The notes below the pieces were generated by a model. That model was given only the letters and a program-made list of their open reading frames with translations. It made no database searches and had not been told where the DNA came from. A DNA stretch of 61,707 bases, filler included, from Leucoraja erinacea (taxonomy: Eukaryota): assembly GCF_028641065.1 (NCBI RefSeq). It is 5 parts of 5 records of this genome, joined end to end, with 100 filler letters (N's around TTAATTAATTAA, not from the genome) between each part and the next. Parts side by side here need not be neighbours in the genome. Positions count along the whole stretch, not along the records: positions 16,640 to 33,992 come from NC_073394.1; 4 more parts are not named here. One strand, written 5' to 3'. Position 1 is the first letter of the stretch. Each line of letters opens with the position of its first letter. Both the position numbers and the translations under genes were made by a program. Of this stretch, positions 22,555 through 32,878 are shown in pieces.

Positions 22555-24990
22555 GGGGGCTGTCCGGGGTGGAGGGGGGTTGGGGGGGGGGGGGGTTGTC
22601 CCGGGTGAGGGGGGTTGGGGGGGGGTTTCCCGGGTGAGGGGGGGAGGAGTGGGGGGGGGGTGTACAGGGTGAAGGGGGGGGGGTTTGGGGGGGGGGGGTC
22701 CAGGGTGGGGGGGGGGTGTGGGCGGGGGGGGGTGTTTGGGGGGGGTGTCCCGGCGTGAGGGGGGGGTGTCGAGGGTGAGGGGGGGGAGGGGGGGGGGGGT
22801 GTCCGGGTGAGGGGGGGTTTGGGGGGGGGGGGGGTGTCAACGGGTGAGGGGGGGTTTGGGGGGGGGGGGGTTTGGGGGGGGGTGTGTCCCGGGTGAGGGG
22901 GGAGCGGGGGGGGGGGTGTCACAGGGGTGAGGGGGGGTTGGGGGGGGGGGGGTTTGGGGGGGGGGGGGTGTAACGGGTGAGGGGGGGTTTGGGGGGGGGG
23001 GGTGTGTCCCGGGTGAGGGGGGTGTAAGGGGTGAGGGGGGTTTGGGGGGGGGGGGGGGTGACCGGGTGAGGGGGGGGGGGGGGGGGGGGTTTGGGGGGGG
23101 GAGGTGTCCCGGGTGAGGGGGGAGCGGGGGGAGGGGTGTCCGGGTGGAGGGGGGAGCGGGGGGGGGGGGGTGAGGGGGTGTGAGGGGGGGTTGGGGGGGG
23201 GTGTCCGGGTGAGGGGGGGTTGGGGGGGGGGGGGTCCCGGGTGAGGGGGGAGAGGGGGGGGGGGTGTCCGGGTGAGGGGGGTTTGGGGGGGAGGGGGGGT
23301 GTAACCGGGTGAGGGGGAGCGGGGGAGGGTTTGTCCCGGGTGAGGGGGGTTTGGGGGGGGTGTGTCACGGGTGAGGGGGGAAGCGGGGGGGTGGGATATT
23401 GTAACGGGAGGGGGGTTTGGGGGGGGGGGTTTGGGTGTGATGGGGGGGGGGGGGGGGTGTAAAGGGTGAGGGGGGTTTGGGGGGGGGTGTCCCGGGTGAG
23501 GAGGGTGTCCAGGGTGAGGGGGGTTTGGGGGGGGGGTGTCCCGGGTGGGGGGGGGGTTTTGGGGGGGGTGTCCCGGGTGAGGGGGGGGAGCGGGGGGGGG
23601 GGGGGGTGTCCCAGGGTGAGGGGGGTTTGGGGGGGGGGGGGGTAGTCCCGGGTGAGGGGGGTTTGGGGGGGGGGGGGGGTCCCGGGGTGAGGGGGGGTTT
23701 GTGGGGGGGGGGTTGTCCCGGGTGAGGGGGGTTGGGGGGGGGTGGGTCCCGGGTGAGGGGGGGTTTGTGGGGGGGGGGGGGTGTCCCGGGGGAGGGGGGT
23801 TTGGGGGGGTGGGGTCACGGGTGATGGGGGGGGTCCCGGGGTGAGGGGGGAAAGCGGGGAGGGGGGGGGGTGTCCAGGGTGAGGGGGGGGGGGGGGGTCC
23901 AGGGTGAGGGGGGTTTGGGGGGGGGGTGGTCCCGGGTGAGGGGGGTTTTGGGGGGGGGGGTGTCCCGGGTGAGGGGGGTTGGGGGGGGGGGGTGTCAGGG
24001 TGAGGGGGGGAGAGGGGGGGGGGGGTCCGGGTGAGGGGGGTGTAAGGGTGAGGTGAGGGGGTTTGGGGGGGGTGGCAGGGTCCCGGGTGAGGGGGGTTGG
24101 GGGTGGGGGGGGTGTCCAGGGGGTGGGGGGGGGTTGTCACGGGTGAGGGGGGGGGGGTGTCCAGGGGTGAGGGGGGGGTGTCCCGGGTGAGGGGGGTTTG
24201 GGGGGGGGGTTGGTCCAGGGTGAGGGGGGGTTTGTGGGGGGGGGGTGTCCAGGGTGAGGGGGGTTTGGGGGGGGGGGGGTCGGGGGGGCGGGAGGGGGGG
24301 AGAGAGGGGGGGGGGGCCCGGGTGGGGGGGGTGTGTACAGGGTGAGGGGGGGTGTCCCGGGTGAGGGGGGGTTGGGGGGGGGTTTGTACCGGGGGTGAGG
24401 GGGGTTGGGGGGGGGGTGTCTTTTGTAAAGGGTGAGGGGGTTGGGTTGGGGGGGGTGTCCGGGTGAGGGGGGTTGGGGGGGGGGGGGGGTTTGTCCGGGT
24501 GAGGGGGGTTGGGGGGGGGGGGGTACAGGGTGAGGGGGGGAGAGGGGGGGGGGGTGTAGTGTCCCGGGTGAGGGGGGGGTGTCCAGGGTGAGGGGGTTGG
24601 GGGGGGGGGGTCCCGGGTGAGGGGGGTTTGGGGGGGGGGGGGTGTACCGGGTGAGGGGGGGGGGGGTATGTCCGGGTGAGGGGGGGTGTCCGGGGTGAGG
24701 GGGGTTTGGGGGGGGGTTTGTCCCGGGTGAGGGGGTTTGGGGGGGGGGGCGGGGTTGGCCCGGGTGAGGGGGGTTGGGGGGGGGTTGTGGGGACGGGGGG
24801 GGGAGGGTGTCTGTCCGGGTGGGGAGGGGGTGAGGGGGGTTTGGGGGGGGGGATGTCACGGGTGAGGGGGGTTTGGGGGGGGGGGTGTCCCGGGGTGAGG
24901 GGGGTTTGGGGGGGGGTGTCCCGGGGTGAGGAGGGTGTCCCGGGTGAGGGGGGTTTGGGGGGGACTGTCCCGGGTGAGGGGGGAGCGGGG
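22555..24990. repeat. 2.4-kb G-rich minisatellite (unit ~GGGGGGTGTCCCGGGTGAGGGGGGTTTGGGGG) in RIC8A intron 7
   Basis: The CCGGGTGAGGGG core recurs every ~30-35 bp. Confidence 0.9.
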
Positions 24991-25001
24991 CAGTGACTCA
25001 C

Positions 25002-25146
25002 CGCTGCCCTTACACAGCACGAACAGCAGTTCTGCGGCGCGGATCTTCAGGCCGGTGTCCACGTGGGTCATGAGCCGGACCAGTTTGTTCCGCAGCGAGT
25101 TCCCGGTCTCGGGCCGCGTCCGCACCTCGCGCAGCGGCGGCAGCAC
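25002..25146 (-). CDS. RIC8A: RIC8A exon 7: [48 protein letters not shown]
   Basis: Highly conserved Ric-8 segment, 145 nt, phase 0/1. Confidence 0.97.
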
Positions 25147-25423
25147 CTGCTCCGGCCAGTGGTCAGTGAGGACGGACACACGCGCGCCTCCGCCATCACA
25201 TGCATGTTCCCGCGCCCACATGCATGCACCCGCGGCCACACGTGAGCTCCAGCCATCTCATGCGCGCTCCCGCCACCGCACGCGCGCTCCTGCCACCACA
25301 TGCGCGCTCCCGCTATAACACGCGCATTCCATGCATCAGGCGTCCGCGCGCGCTCCCCCCACATGCGCGCTCCCGCGACTGTTCGTCCCCGTGCACCCGC
25401 CTGTGCGCGTTTCCGACACTCAC

Positions 25424-25519
25424 CCGCATGCGCAGGAACTTCCTGGTCTCCCGGTGCGCGCGCGCGCTCGTGGTGAGGAGCAACAGGACGGGGTTGAGCG
25501 CCTCCGGCAACCGCTGGCC
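25424..25519 (-). CDS. RIC8A: RIC8A exon 6: GQRLPEALNPVLLLLTTSARAHRETRKFLRMR
   Basis: 96 nt, phase 0/0, cag/gtgagt boundaries. Confidence 0.95.
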
Positions 25520-26226
25520 CTGAACAGGAGGAGCGGAGATGTGATCCACAGACCGCTCGGCCCACAATGTCCGTGCCCACCACCACACCAAATTAAACTA
25601 ATCCACTTTCTGCATGTGAACCGGATCCCTCCATTCCCTGTATGTCCATGTATGCGTTAATCCAAAAGCCTCCTGGACACCGCGAGTGTATCCGTCTCCA
25701 CACATGGGCGGGAATCCCGGGGTAAGGGTAAGATTTAAACGGGTATTTGATTTAAACGGGTCAGGGCTCCGGTCTTTCCTGGCTGGCTTGCAGGTAAGTC
25801 GCCCATTCACAGTCACTCACGTTACTTAGTATTATTTTTCCCATCTCCCTCTCTCCAAGGTTGGTTCTTCTGTTTGCCTTTATTTACTTCAATTTATTTG
25901 TTATTTATCATATTGTAGCTTTTGAAAGATTCAAGCGGGTATCATACGTTTTCACAGGGCTGAATCGGCCTGTTCGCGGGGCCTTTCATCGCCCGGCGAT
26001 GCTTAAAATCAATTTGCTGCATCGAGGCGATCGAGGCTCCCGATGTGGAGGCCCCCGCCGGCCGATTGCCGGGCGATGAAAGGCCCTGCGAACGGGCCGA
26101 TTCAAGCCCCACGATTCGGGGAGGACGGAGCTGCTGTTGCTGGAGTTCGGAGTCGGTCACCAACCAGGTTAGCTCCCCATGTTACCGTCCACATGGCCCA
26201 CGGCTGAAGCCTCGTGTGTGTGTGCG

Positions 26227-26257
<31 letters not shown>

Positions 26258-26575
26258 ATGTGCGTGAGCGGCCACCAAGAAATTGTGACCCCTCCCAAAT
26301 TGTGTGTGTGTCCCCCCACCCCAAATACTTTTATAGCGATTTCCGCGCCTGCTCAAACACCACCCCCGGCAGCGTGTTCCAGGCCCCTACCGCCCTCTGT
26401 GTAAAATACCGGCCCCACAACTCCTTTAAACTTTGCCCAATTAACTGACAGCTGTGCCCTCTGGATATAGGAGTCGTGGGTCCCGCAGAGGGGTGGAGTG
26501 GGCAGGGGGGGGCCTTGGATCATGGGGGCGGGGCAGGGGAACTGCGGGAACGTGACGCCACGGTCGGAGCCTCAC

Positions 26576-26726
26576 CCGGTCCAGCCTGGTGTCGAGGAAG
26601 CAGAGCAGCGTCTGCAGCGCGTCCATGTTCAGCCCCAGATACTCGGCGGAGCCGGGCGGCACCCGGGCGGGGAGCAGCGCGTCGAGGTAACGCAGCGGCA
26701 AATTCACCAACAGGTTCACGGCGTGG
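26576..26726 (-). CDS. RIC8A: RIC8A exon 5: HAVNLLVNLPLRYLDALL...YLGLNMDALQTLLCFLDTRLDR
   Basis: 151 nt, phase 2/0. HAVNLL.NLPL motif. Confidence 0.96.
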
Positions 26727-26932
26727 CTGCGGAGCAGAGCGGTCAGAGCGGCGGCGGCGGTGGGCAGCGAGTAGTGGGGTCAGGAGGGTGTCTGGCGGGA
26801 CGGGGAAGGGGGCGCTGGGGAGGGAGGGGCTGTTTGGCGGGGCATGTGGCAGTTTCCGGCCGGAGGGGTAGGGGTGGGTGAGGCAGGAGTGGGCAGTTTC
26901 CGGGTGTGGAGGGGTCAAGGGGGCACACCCAC

Positions 26933-27027
26933 CTCTGCAGCTCCTCGGTTCGCTCCTCTCCCTCGGCGGCGGTCAGCAGGCAGTGTCGTAGGATGGCCGC
27001 TAGGTGTCGGTACTGAGCCGCGTCCTC
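26933..27027 (-). CDS. RIC8A: RIC8A exon 4: EDAAQYRHLAAILRHCLLTAAEGEERTEELQ
   Basis: 95 nt, phase 0/2. EDAA.YRHL...LRHC...RTEE motif. Confidence 0.96.
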
Positions 27028-27706
27028 CTGCGAACAGGTGGCCGGAGTCAACAGCGCAACGGGCTGACCTCTGGCGGGGAGGGGGCCACACAACAACCCC
27101 CCCCCCCCCCCCCCCCCCCCCCCCGCGCCGCTCCCCCCCCCAACCCTCCGCCCCACCCTCCGACCCCCGCCCCTCCCCACCCCCGCCCCATCGTGTCCGC
27201 CACTCCGAAAAAACAGTCACAGAGAGAACGCAGGGAAGCAGGCCCTTCGGCCCGTCAGGTCGGTACTGACCACACTCTCCCCTCCCCACATTCCCCTCAC
27301 ACCGGGGGTCTCAGTGACCGGTTAACCCCACTTGCCGGTGCCATCAGCGAATCTTAGATCGAGTGGACCGGACCTGTCCCTGTAGCGTCGTCACTTTGAC
27401 CATTGACCACCCTGGTCCCCGCTGACTTACAGATTCCCGCCCACTCTTCCCATTGTCAACTCTCAGAGCAAATAGACCGTGGTCTCCGTCACCTCGCTCT
27501 ACAGGTGTGGCCACTTTCAGCGAGTTACACCTGGACCCCGAGCATCCATTGTCCATCCATGCATGTTACCGTCAACTCTATATCTCCCTCCCCGCACTGC
27601 CCCGGGACGGGAGGAGAGAGGAGAGAGGAAGGGGAAGGGTGGGTGACACGGGGTGGTGTGGAGAGAGGGGTGGAGGGGAGGTGAGGGGAGGTTTGGCGGC
27701 GCTCAC

Positions 27707-28441
27707 CTCGTCCACCTGCCTCCTGTTCAGGTCCACGGTGATGTTGAAGAGTATTTTCAGGATCTCCATGGCGCGTTCGGCGGGTTGACGGGCGAGCGTC
27801 GGGTGTTCTGGCCCCGGGGCCGCCGCCCCCTCCAGGCCGAGCGTGCGTTGCAGGAGGTCGGTGAGCAGGGGGAGGCCGCGAAGCTCCAGGCCGAGGCGCC
27901 GGCGCTCGTCCAGCCTCAGCGCCGTCAACAGGAAGAGTAGACGGAGCTGCAGGAAGCTGGCGCCGGGGTCGGGGCCGATCTGGCGGGCACGGCGGCACAG
28001 GCCGAGCATCAAGCCGTTGTCCGCGCACGGCGCCCGGGCCTCGGGGCAGCTCAGCACCAGGTTACACAGAACCTTCAGCGCCTCTCGCTCCACCCCGCAC
28101 CCCTCCCGCTCCTCCCCGGTCACCTCCTGGGGCCCCTGTCGCTCCCCTCCGGGCTCAGGTTCTCCGGGCCCGTACTGCTCCAACACGGGCCCCCGCTCAT
28201 GTTCGGCCTCAGGCTGTACAGGCCCATCCTGCTCTTCCCCGGGACAGCGCCAATATTCCCCGGGCTCCTCGGCACCGTCAATGCCCGCGGCCCGGGCCAG
28301 AGTCCGCACGGCCCATGCGCTGGAGAGCGGCCGCAGGCTGTGTCTGTCCCGGGACAGGATGCGCAGGCAGCCGAGGCAGGCCAGCCGGCAGGACGGCTGC
28401 GGATCCCTATCCAGGAGGCCGAGCACCAGGACTGCCAGTCG
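27707..28441 (-). CDS. RIC8A: RIC8A exon 3 (245 codons; armadillo-like core): RLAVLVLGLL...LRILSRDR...EALKVLCNLVL...LRLLFLLTAL...ERAMEILKILFNIT...VDE
   Basis: Open 735-nt exon with Ric-8 motifs, cag/gtgagc boundaries. Confidence 0.97.
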
Positions 28442-28999
28442 CTGCAGGGAGACACGGGCCGGTCAGTAGCTCACGAACCCCCCCCCCCCCCTCCCCCTCT
28501 CCCTCTATAACAATAACAACAACAACGTGAGCGGGCGGCAGGTCGCGCCCCGGAGACCGGGTTGATTCCAAGGTCGTTGATAAGAAACATTATTCCCCAC
28601 AGACGCGTCAGAGCAAAAACAAACCTTCGCCCATCGCAGACGCGACCCTTCACAGCAAAAGCTTACAGCAAAGTCCCCCCTTCCCGCCGCTTGGACCTGC
28701 GCCAACACTGCGCTGATGGGTCCGGGAAGGTGCTGATCCCCTTTACGCGCGGAGGGACTGTGTCCGTGTCTGTATAAACGCCTCTTACACACAGCGACTA
28801 CATCGAGATCCAGATGCGGCCCTGGCAACGCATCCTGGTCCCAAACAGCCGCCGTGTAAATCACTCGCCCCTTCCATCCCCCTTCAAACCTTCCTCTCAT
28901 CTTAGCCCCACGCCCGCGCTCGCTTGGGGTAACTAGGTTGAAGATTTTAATCAATAGGGGGAAAGGTGTTGACTCGTGTGAGGGCCTGTTTCCACACGG

Positions 29000-29505
29000 A
29001 GGCCATTCGGCCCTTCGAGCCAGCACCGCCATTCATTGTGATCATGGCTGTTCGTCCTCAATCAATAACCCGTACCTGCCTTCTCCCCATATCCCTTGAT
29101 TCCGCTAGCCCCTAAAGCTCTATCTAACTCTTAAATCCATCCAGTGACTTGGCCTCCACTGCTCTCTGTGGCAGGGAATTTCACAAATTCACAACTCTCT
29201 GGGTGAAAAAGTTTTTTCTCACCCCAGTCTTAAATGGCCTCCCCTTTATTGTAAGTGTGGCCCCTGGTTCTGGACTCGCCCAACACTGGCAACATTTTTT
29301 CTGCATCTAGCTTGTCCAGCCCTTTTATATGTTTCTATAAGATCCCCCTCGTCCTTCTCAACTCCAGTGAATACAAGTCTAGTCTTTTCAATCTTTCCTC
29401 ATATGACAGTCCCTCCATCCCAGGGATCAATCTCGTGAACCTATGCTGCACTGCCTCAATCACCAGGATGTCCTTCCTCAAATTAGGAGACCAAAACTGT
29501 ACACG
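29000..29505 (-). mobile_element. CR1 LINE 3' fragment in RIC8A intron 2
   Basis: Reverse complement of the CR1 ORF2 end and 3' UTR. Confidence 0.85.
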
Positions 29506-29861
29506 TGTTATGTCTTCATCCCTATTGCTTCTCCCGGGTGACCTCTACACGACCCCAAGGCTACTCCGGCCATCAGTGCTGTTCACTGACAAATCTCTGC
29601 TAACGTTGCCCCGGAACTGAGCACAACTTCCCGCCATGGCCCGTCACCTGTTCTCCCTGCTCCACCTCCACTCTCTCTACCACTGCCGACACTTTCAACT
29701 CCATTATCCCGACTCCTGCTTTCATTTGGCGCCCGATCTCATGACGTTCGCCCACCGTATACACCGTCTGTATCCTCATCCACCCTGTACACCCACCCCC
29801 TGGGCCATGCCAATGCCCGCTCCCATTGCTGCGCGCCGGCAGCGCCTGCTCCTCGCCTTAC

Positions 29862-29909
29862 CCGTCTCTGCTCTCTCCCCTCCACGTCGAACATAAAACA
29901 TTGTGAATT
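29862..29909 (-). CDS. RIC8A: RIC8A exon 2: NSQCFMFDVEGREQRR
   Basis: 48 nt, ttctttcag/gtaagg boundaries, phase 0/0. Equivalent to the human HSQSFTFDDAQQEDRK exon. Confidence 0.9.
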
Positions 29910-31424
29910 CTGAAAGAAAGGGAGAAGCGGTTACAATGTTCTACCGCAGCTCATCCAACACGAGTAAGGAGAGATCGCACCCGCGCTGGATGTCAACAAA
30001 TCACAATGAGCTTCTAATTATACCACCAATAGATGGCCATTCGGCCCATCCTGCCTGGCTTGGCTGATATACTACCTCGACGCCAGCTTCCTGTCAGTGT
30101 TCCCGTCAGGGGCATGTCCAGGTGTTTTGAACGACCTCGATGGCTTCGTGTCTCAGAGCCGGGTCCGAACAGAGACGGCCCCGTCCCCAGACCCACCGCC
30201 CGCTACTCCGGGATTGGGCACCTGGATGGCACGGTGACGCAGCGGGTGGAGCCGCCGCCTCCCAGCGCCAGAGACCCGGGTTCAATCCTGATCTCGGGTG
30301 CTGTTTTTGCGTGGAGTTTGCCTGTTTCTCCGGGTGCTCCGGTTTCCCCCACATCCCAAAGTTTGTAGGTTAATTGCCCCCCTGTCAATTTCCCTTGGTA
30401 TGCAGGCTGTGAATGAGAAAGTGGGATAACATTGAACCGGTGTCAACTGGTGATCAAGATAACACGGTGGGCCGAAGAGCCTGATTCCATGCTGTATCTA
30501 TAAACTCTGCCCAAACCCTCTGGAAAAGATAGGCACGATTTCTGTGCAATAACCTTGTTTCGTGAAATACGACCGGAATACGACCGCTTTAAGTTTGAGT
30601 TGGTCAATCTAATACTATGGCCTTAAATATAAACAAAGAAAACTCGAGAGGTGGAAGGGGAGAGTTGCCTGCAGTTGATTGGGAAAATAAATTGGAATGT
30701 ATAAAGGTGAATATTAGCATTTAAAGTACTAATTCACAAGTTGCTGAAAAATATGGAAACACAAGGAACTGTAGATCCTGAAATCTGGACCAAAACGCAA
30801 AGTGCTGGTAGAACAGCGAGTCAGGCAGCATCTGTGCAAGGAAGGATATAGTTGTTCCGAGTTGAGACCCAAGACAAAAGCAGGTGTTGCTCGAAGGTAT
30901 AAAATCCCACAAGGGGCCGTCTGTGATTCTGTTTATAGTGCACTTTACATATTGTGTTGTGCTGCTGCAAGTAAGTCATTGTTCTATCTGGGACACATGA
31001 CAATAACACACTCTTGACTCTTGATCTGCTGTAAGTAAAGGCATTAAGTATTGTATTAATTCCTAAGGAACTGCAGATGCTGATTTACACCGAAGACAGA
31101 CACAAAATGCTGGAGTAACTCAGCGGGACAGGCAGCGTCTCTGGAGAGAAGGAATGGGTGGCGTTTCATGTTGAGACCACTGAATTGGCTGTGAGGGGGT
31201 GAGGGACGGGGGGGGGGGGGGGTCTGCCCGGGAGGGAGGGGGGGGGTCTGGAGGGAGGGAGGGGGCGAGGGGCTGGGGGGGGGTTGGGAGGGGGGGAGAT
31301 GATGGGGAAGGGGGGGGGGGGGTAGCGGGACCTCGGGATGAAGCGAGGGCGAGGGGCAAGGGTGGGGGTTGTTCCCCGATGATGCCCCGTCCATGTCGGG
31401 AAGCCTTTTTGGCGGGACTCTCAC

Positions 31425-31543
31425 CTCCGGGAGCATGAGCGGGCGCGGGTAGACGCGGGCCCAGCACTGCCCGGGCCCGCCCACTGTCCCCGCCTCGGAC
31501 ACGCCCGCACAAGGGCCCAGCGCACGCGTTCAGCCCCGCCCAT
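31425..31543 (-). CDS. RIC8A: Probable RIC8A coding exon 1, corrupted by several indels: M..GLNA..LCGRVRGGDSGRARAVL..RVY..E
   Basis: ATG at 31543-41 and GAG|gtgaga donor. The pieces resemble the vertebrate exon 1 pattern (MDLNA...GD...AL..YN.E), but no single frame is open. Confidence 0.5.
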
Positions 31544-31569
31544 GTCAACTGGCCCGAGAGCAGCCCAGT

Positions 31570-32280
31570 CCACGGGCCCCGCTGTCCACTGGACACGACC
31601 CGGGGCCCCAGCCCCGCCCCACTGTTAACTGGCCCCGCCTCGGACCGCCCACACGGACCCGCCCACTGCCCAGGCCCCGCCCACCGACCCTGCCCACGGG
31701 CCCACTGTTAACTGGCCCCGCCCCGGACACGCCCACTGTCCACGGGCCCCGCCCACTGTCAACGGGCCCCGTCCCCGGCCACGCCCACTATCCACGGGTC
31801 CAGGTCCACACCCGCCCACTGTCCATTGGGGACACTGGCCACGCCCACTGTCTGTCTGCCGGCCCCGCCCCCGGACACGCCCACTGTCAACGGGCCCCGC
31901 CCGGACACGCCCACTGTCAACGGGCCCCGCCCCGGACACGCCCACTGCCCACGGGCCCCGCCCCGGCCACCCCCACTGCCCACGGGCCCCGCCCCCGGAC
32001 ACGCCCACATGTCCACGGGCCCCCCCGCCCACTGTCAACCCCGTCCCGCCCCGGACACGCCCACTGTCCAGGGCCCCGCCCACTGTCAACTGGCCCCGCC
32101 CACTGTCAACTGGCCCCCGCCCCGGACACGCCCACTGTCAACAGGCCACGCCCATTGTCCACGGGCCCCGCCCAGGACACGCCCACTGTCCACGGGTCCC
32201 GCCCCACTTCTCCACGGCCCCCCGCCCCAGCCCGTGTCCAGGTCCCGCCCACTTCCCCAGCCCGGCTCTACCACTGTGAG
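31570..32280. repeat. GC-box-containing minisatellite (~30-bp unit GCCCACTGTCAACGGGCCCCGCCCGGACAC)
   Basis: About 20 degenerate tandem copies, most carrying CCCCGCCC. Confidence 0.85.
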
Positions 32281-32399
32281 TGGGGGCGACTTACCGGGGC
32301 AGTTCTCTCGGGCGGGCCGAACGACCTGCTCGTGGCTTCCATTGCTGCGCTCAATGTTTCTAGAGGAGTTCCTCTCGTATCTTTGCTCTCCATCTCTCC

Positions 32400-32498
32400 A
32401 CCTGCCACTCACCCACACCTCTGCCCCGCCCCCTCCCGTGTGATTGGCAGCGCGGCCACGCCCCTGTCCCCGCCCCCTGTCCCAGCGGGCGTTGCGCG
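32400..32498. promoter_or_regulatory. Putative bidirectional CpG-island promoter shared by RIC8A and BET1L
   Basis: GC boxes at ~32424 and ~32468, ATTGG (CCAAT box) at 32443-47, no TATA box, and divergent splice-donor-bearing exons on each side. Confidence 0.65.
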
Positions 32499-32517
32499 AT
32501 GGCGGAGCGGGCTCGCG
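32499..32517 (+). CDS. BET1L: BET1L (GS15 Golgi SNARE) coding exon 1: MAERAR+G
   Basis: ATGGCGGAGCGGGCTCGCG|gtgagt, 19 nt. Matches the human exon 1 pattern MADWAR+1 nt and the head-to-head position with RIC8A. Later exons were not found before the contig end. Confidence 0.75.
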
Positions 32518-32649
32518 GTGAGTTTGAGCCGAGCGGCGACTAATCGAGGCCGAGGATCGCGGCTGGGCACCAGGCCCAGCCCCCCCCCCCCCCCCCCCGC
32601 CGCCCCGTGAACCCCCCCCCCTGGACCCCGCTCTACCCGAGCCCCAGGC

Positions 32650-32878
32650 CGGCGGCGCTCCCTCACTGCCCCTCCCCCAGCGCGGCGCTCCCTCACTGCC
32701 CCTCCCCCAGCGCGGCGCTCCCTCACTCCCCCAGCGCGGCGCTCCCTCACTGCCCCTCCCCCAGCGCGGCGCTCCCTCACTGCCCCTCCCCCAGCGCGGC
32801 GCTCCCTCACTGCCCCGCCCACAGCGCGGCGCTCCCTCACTGCCCCACCCCCAGCGCGTGCGCTCCATCACTGCCCCA
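32650..32878. repeat. Second array of the CAGCGCGGCGCTCCCTCACTGCCCC minisatellite (BET1L intron 1)
   Basis: About 7-8 copies with the same core and orientation as the array at 19418-20098. Confidence 0.95.

Noticed and set aside
22218-25001. 927-aa Pro-rich ORF and the other long Pro/Gly ORFs at 16588-17792 and 20931-22370
   Set aside because: They are translations of G/C-run minisatellites that lack stops. Only the short embedded RIC8A and SIRT3 exons are real.
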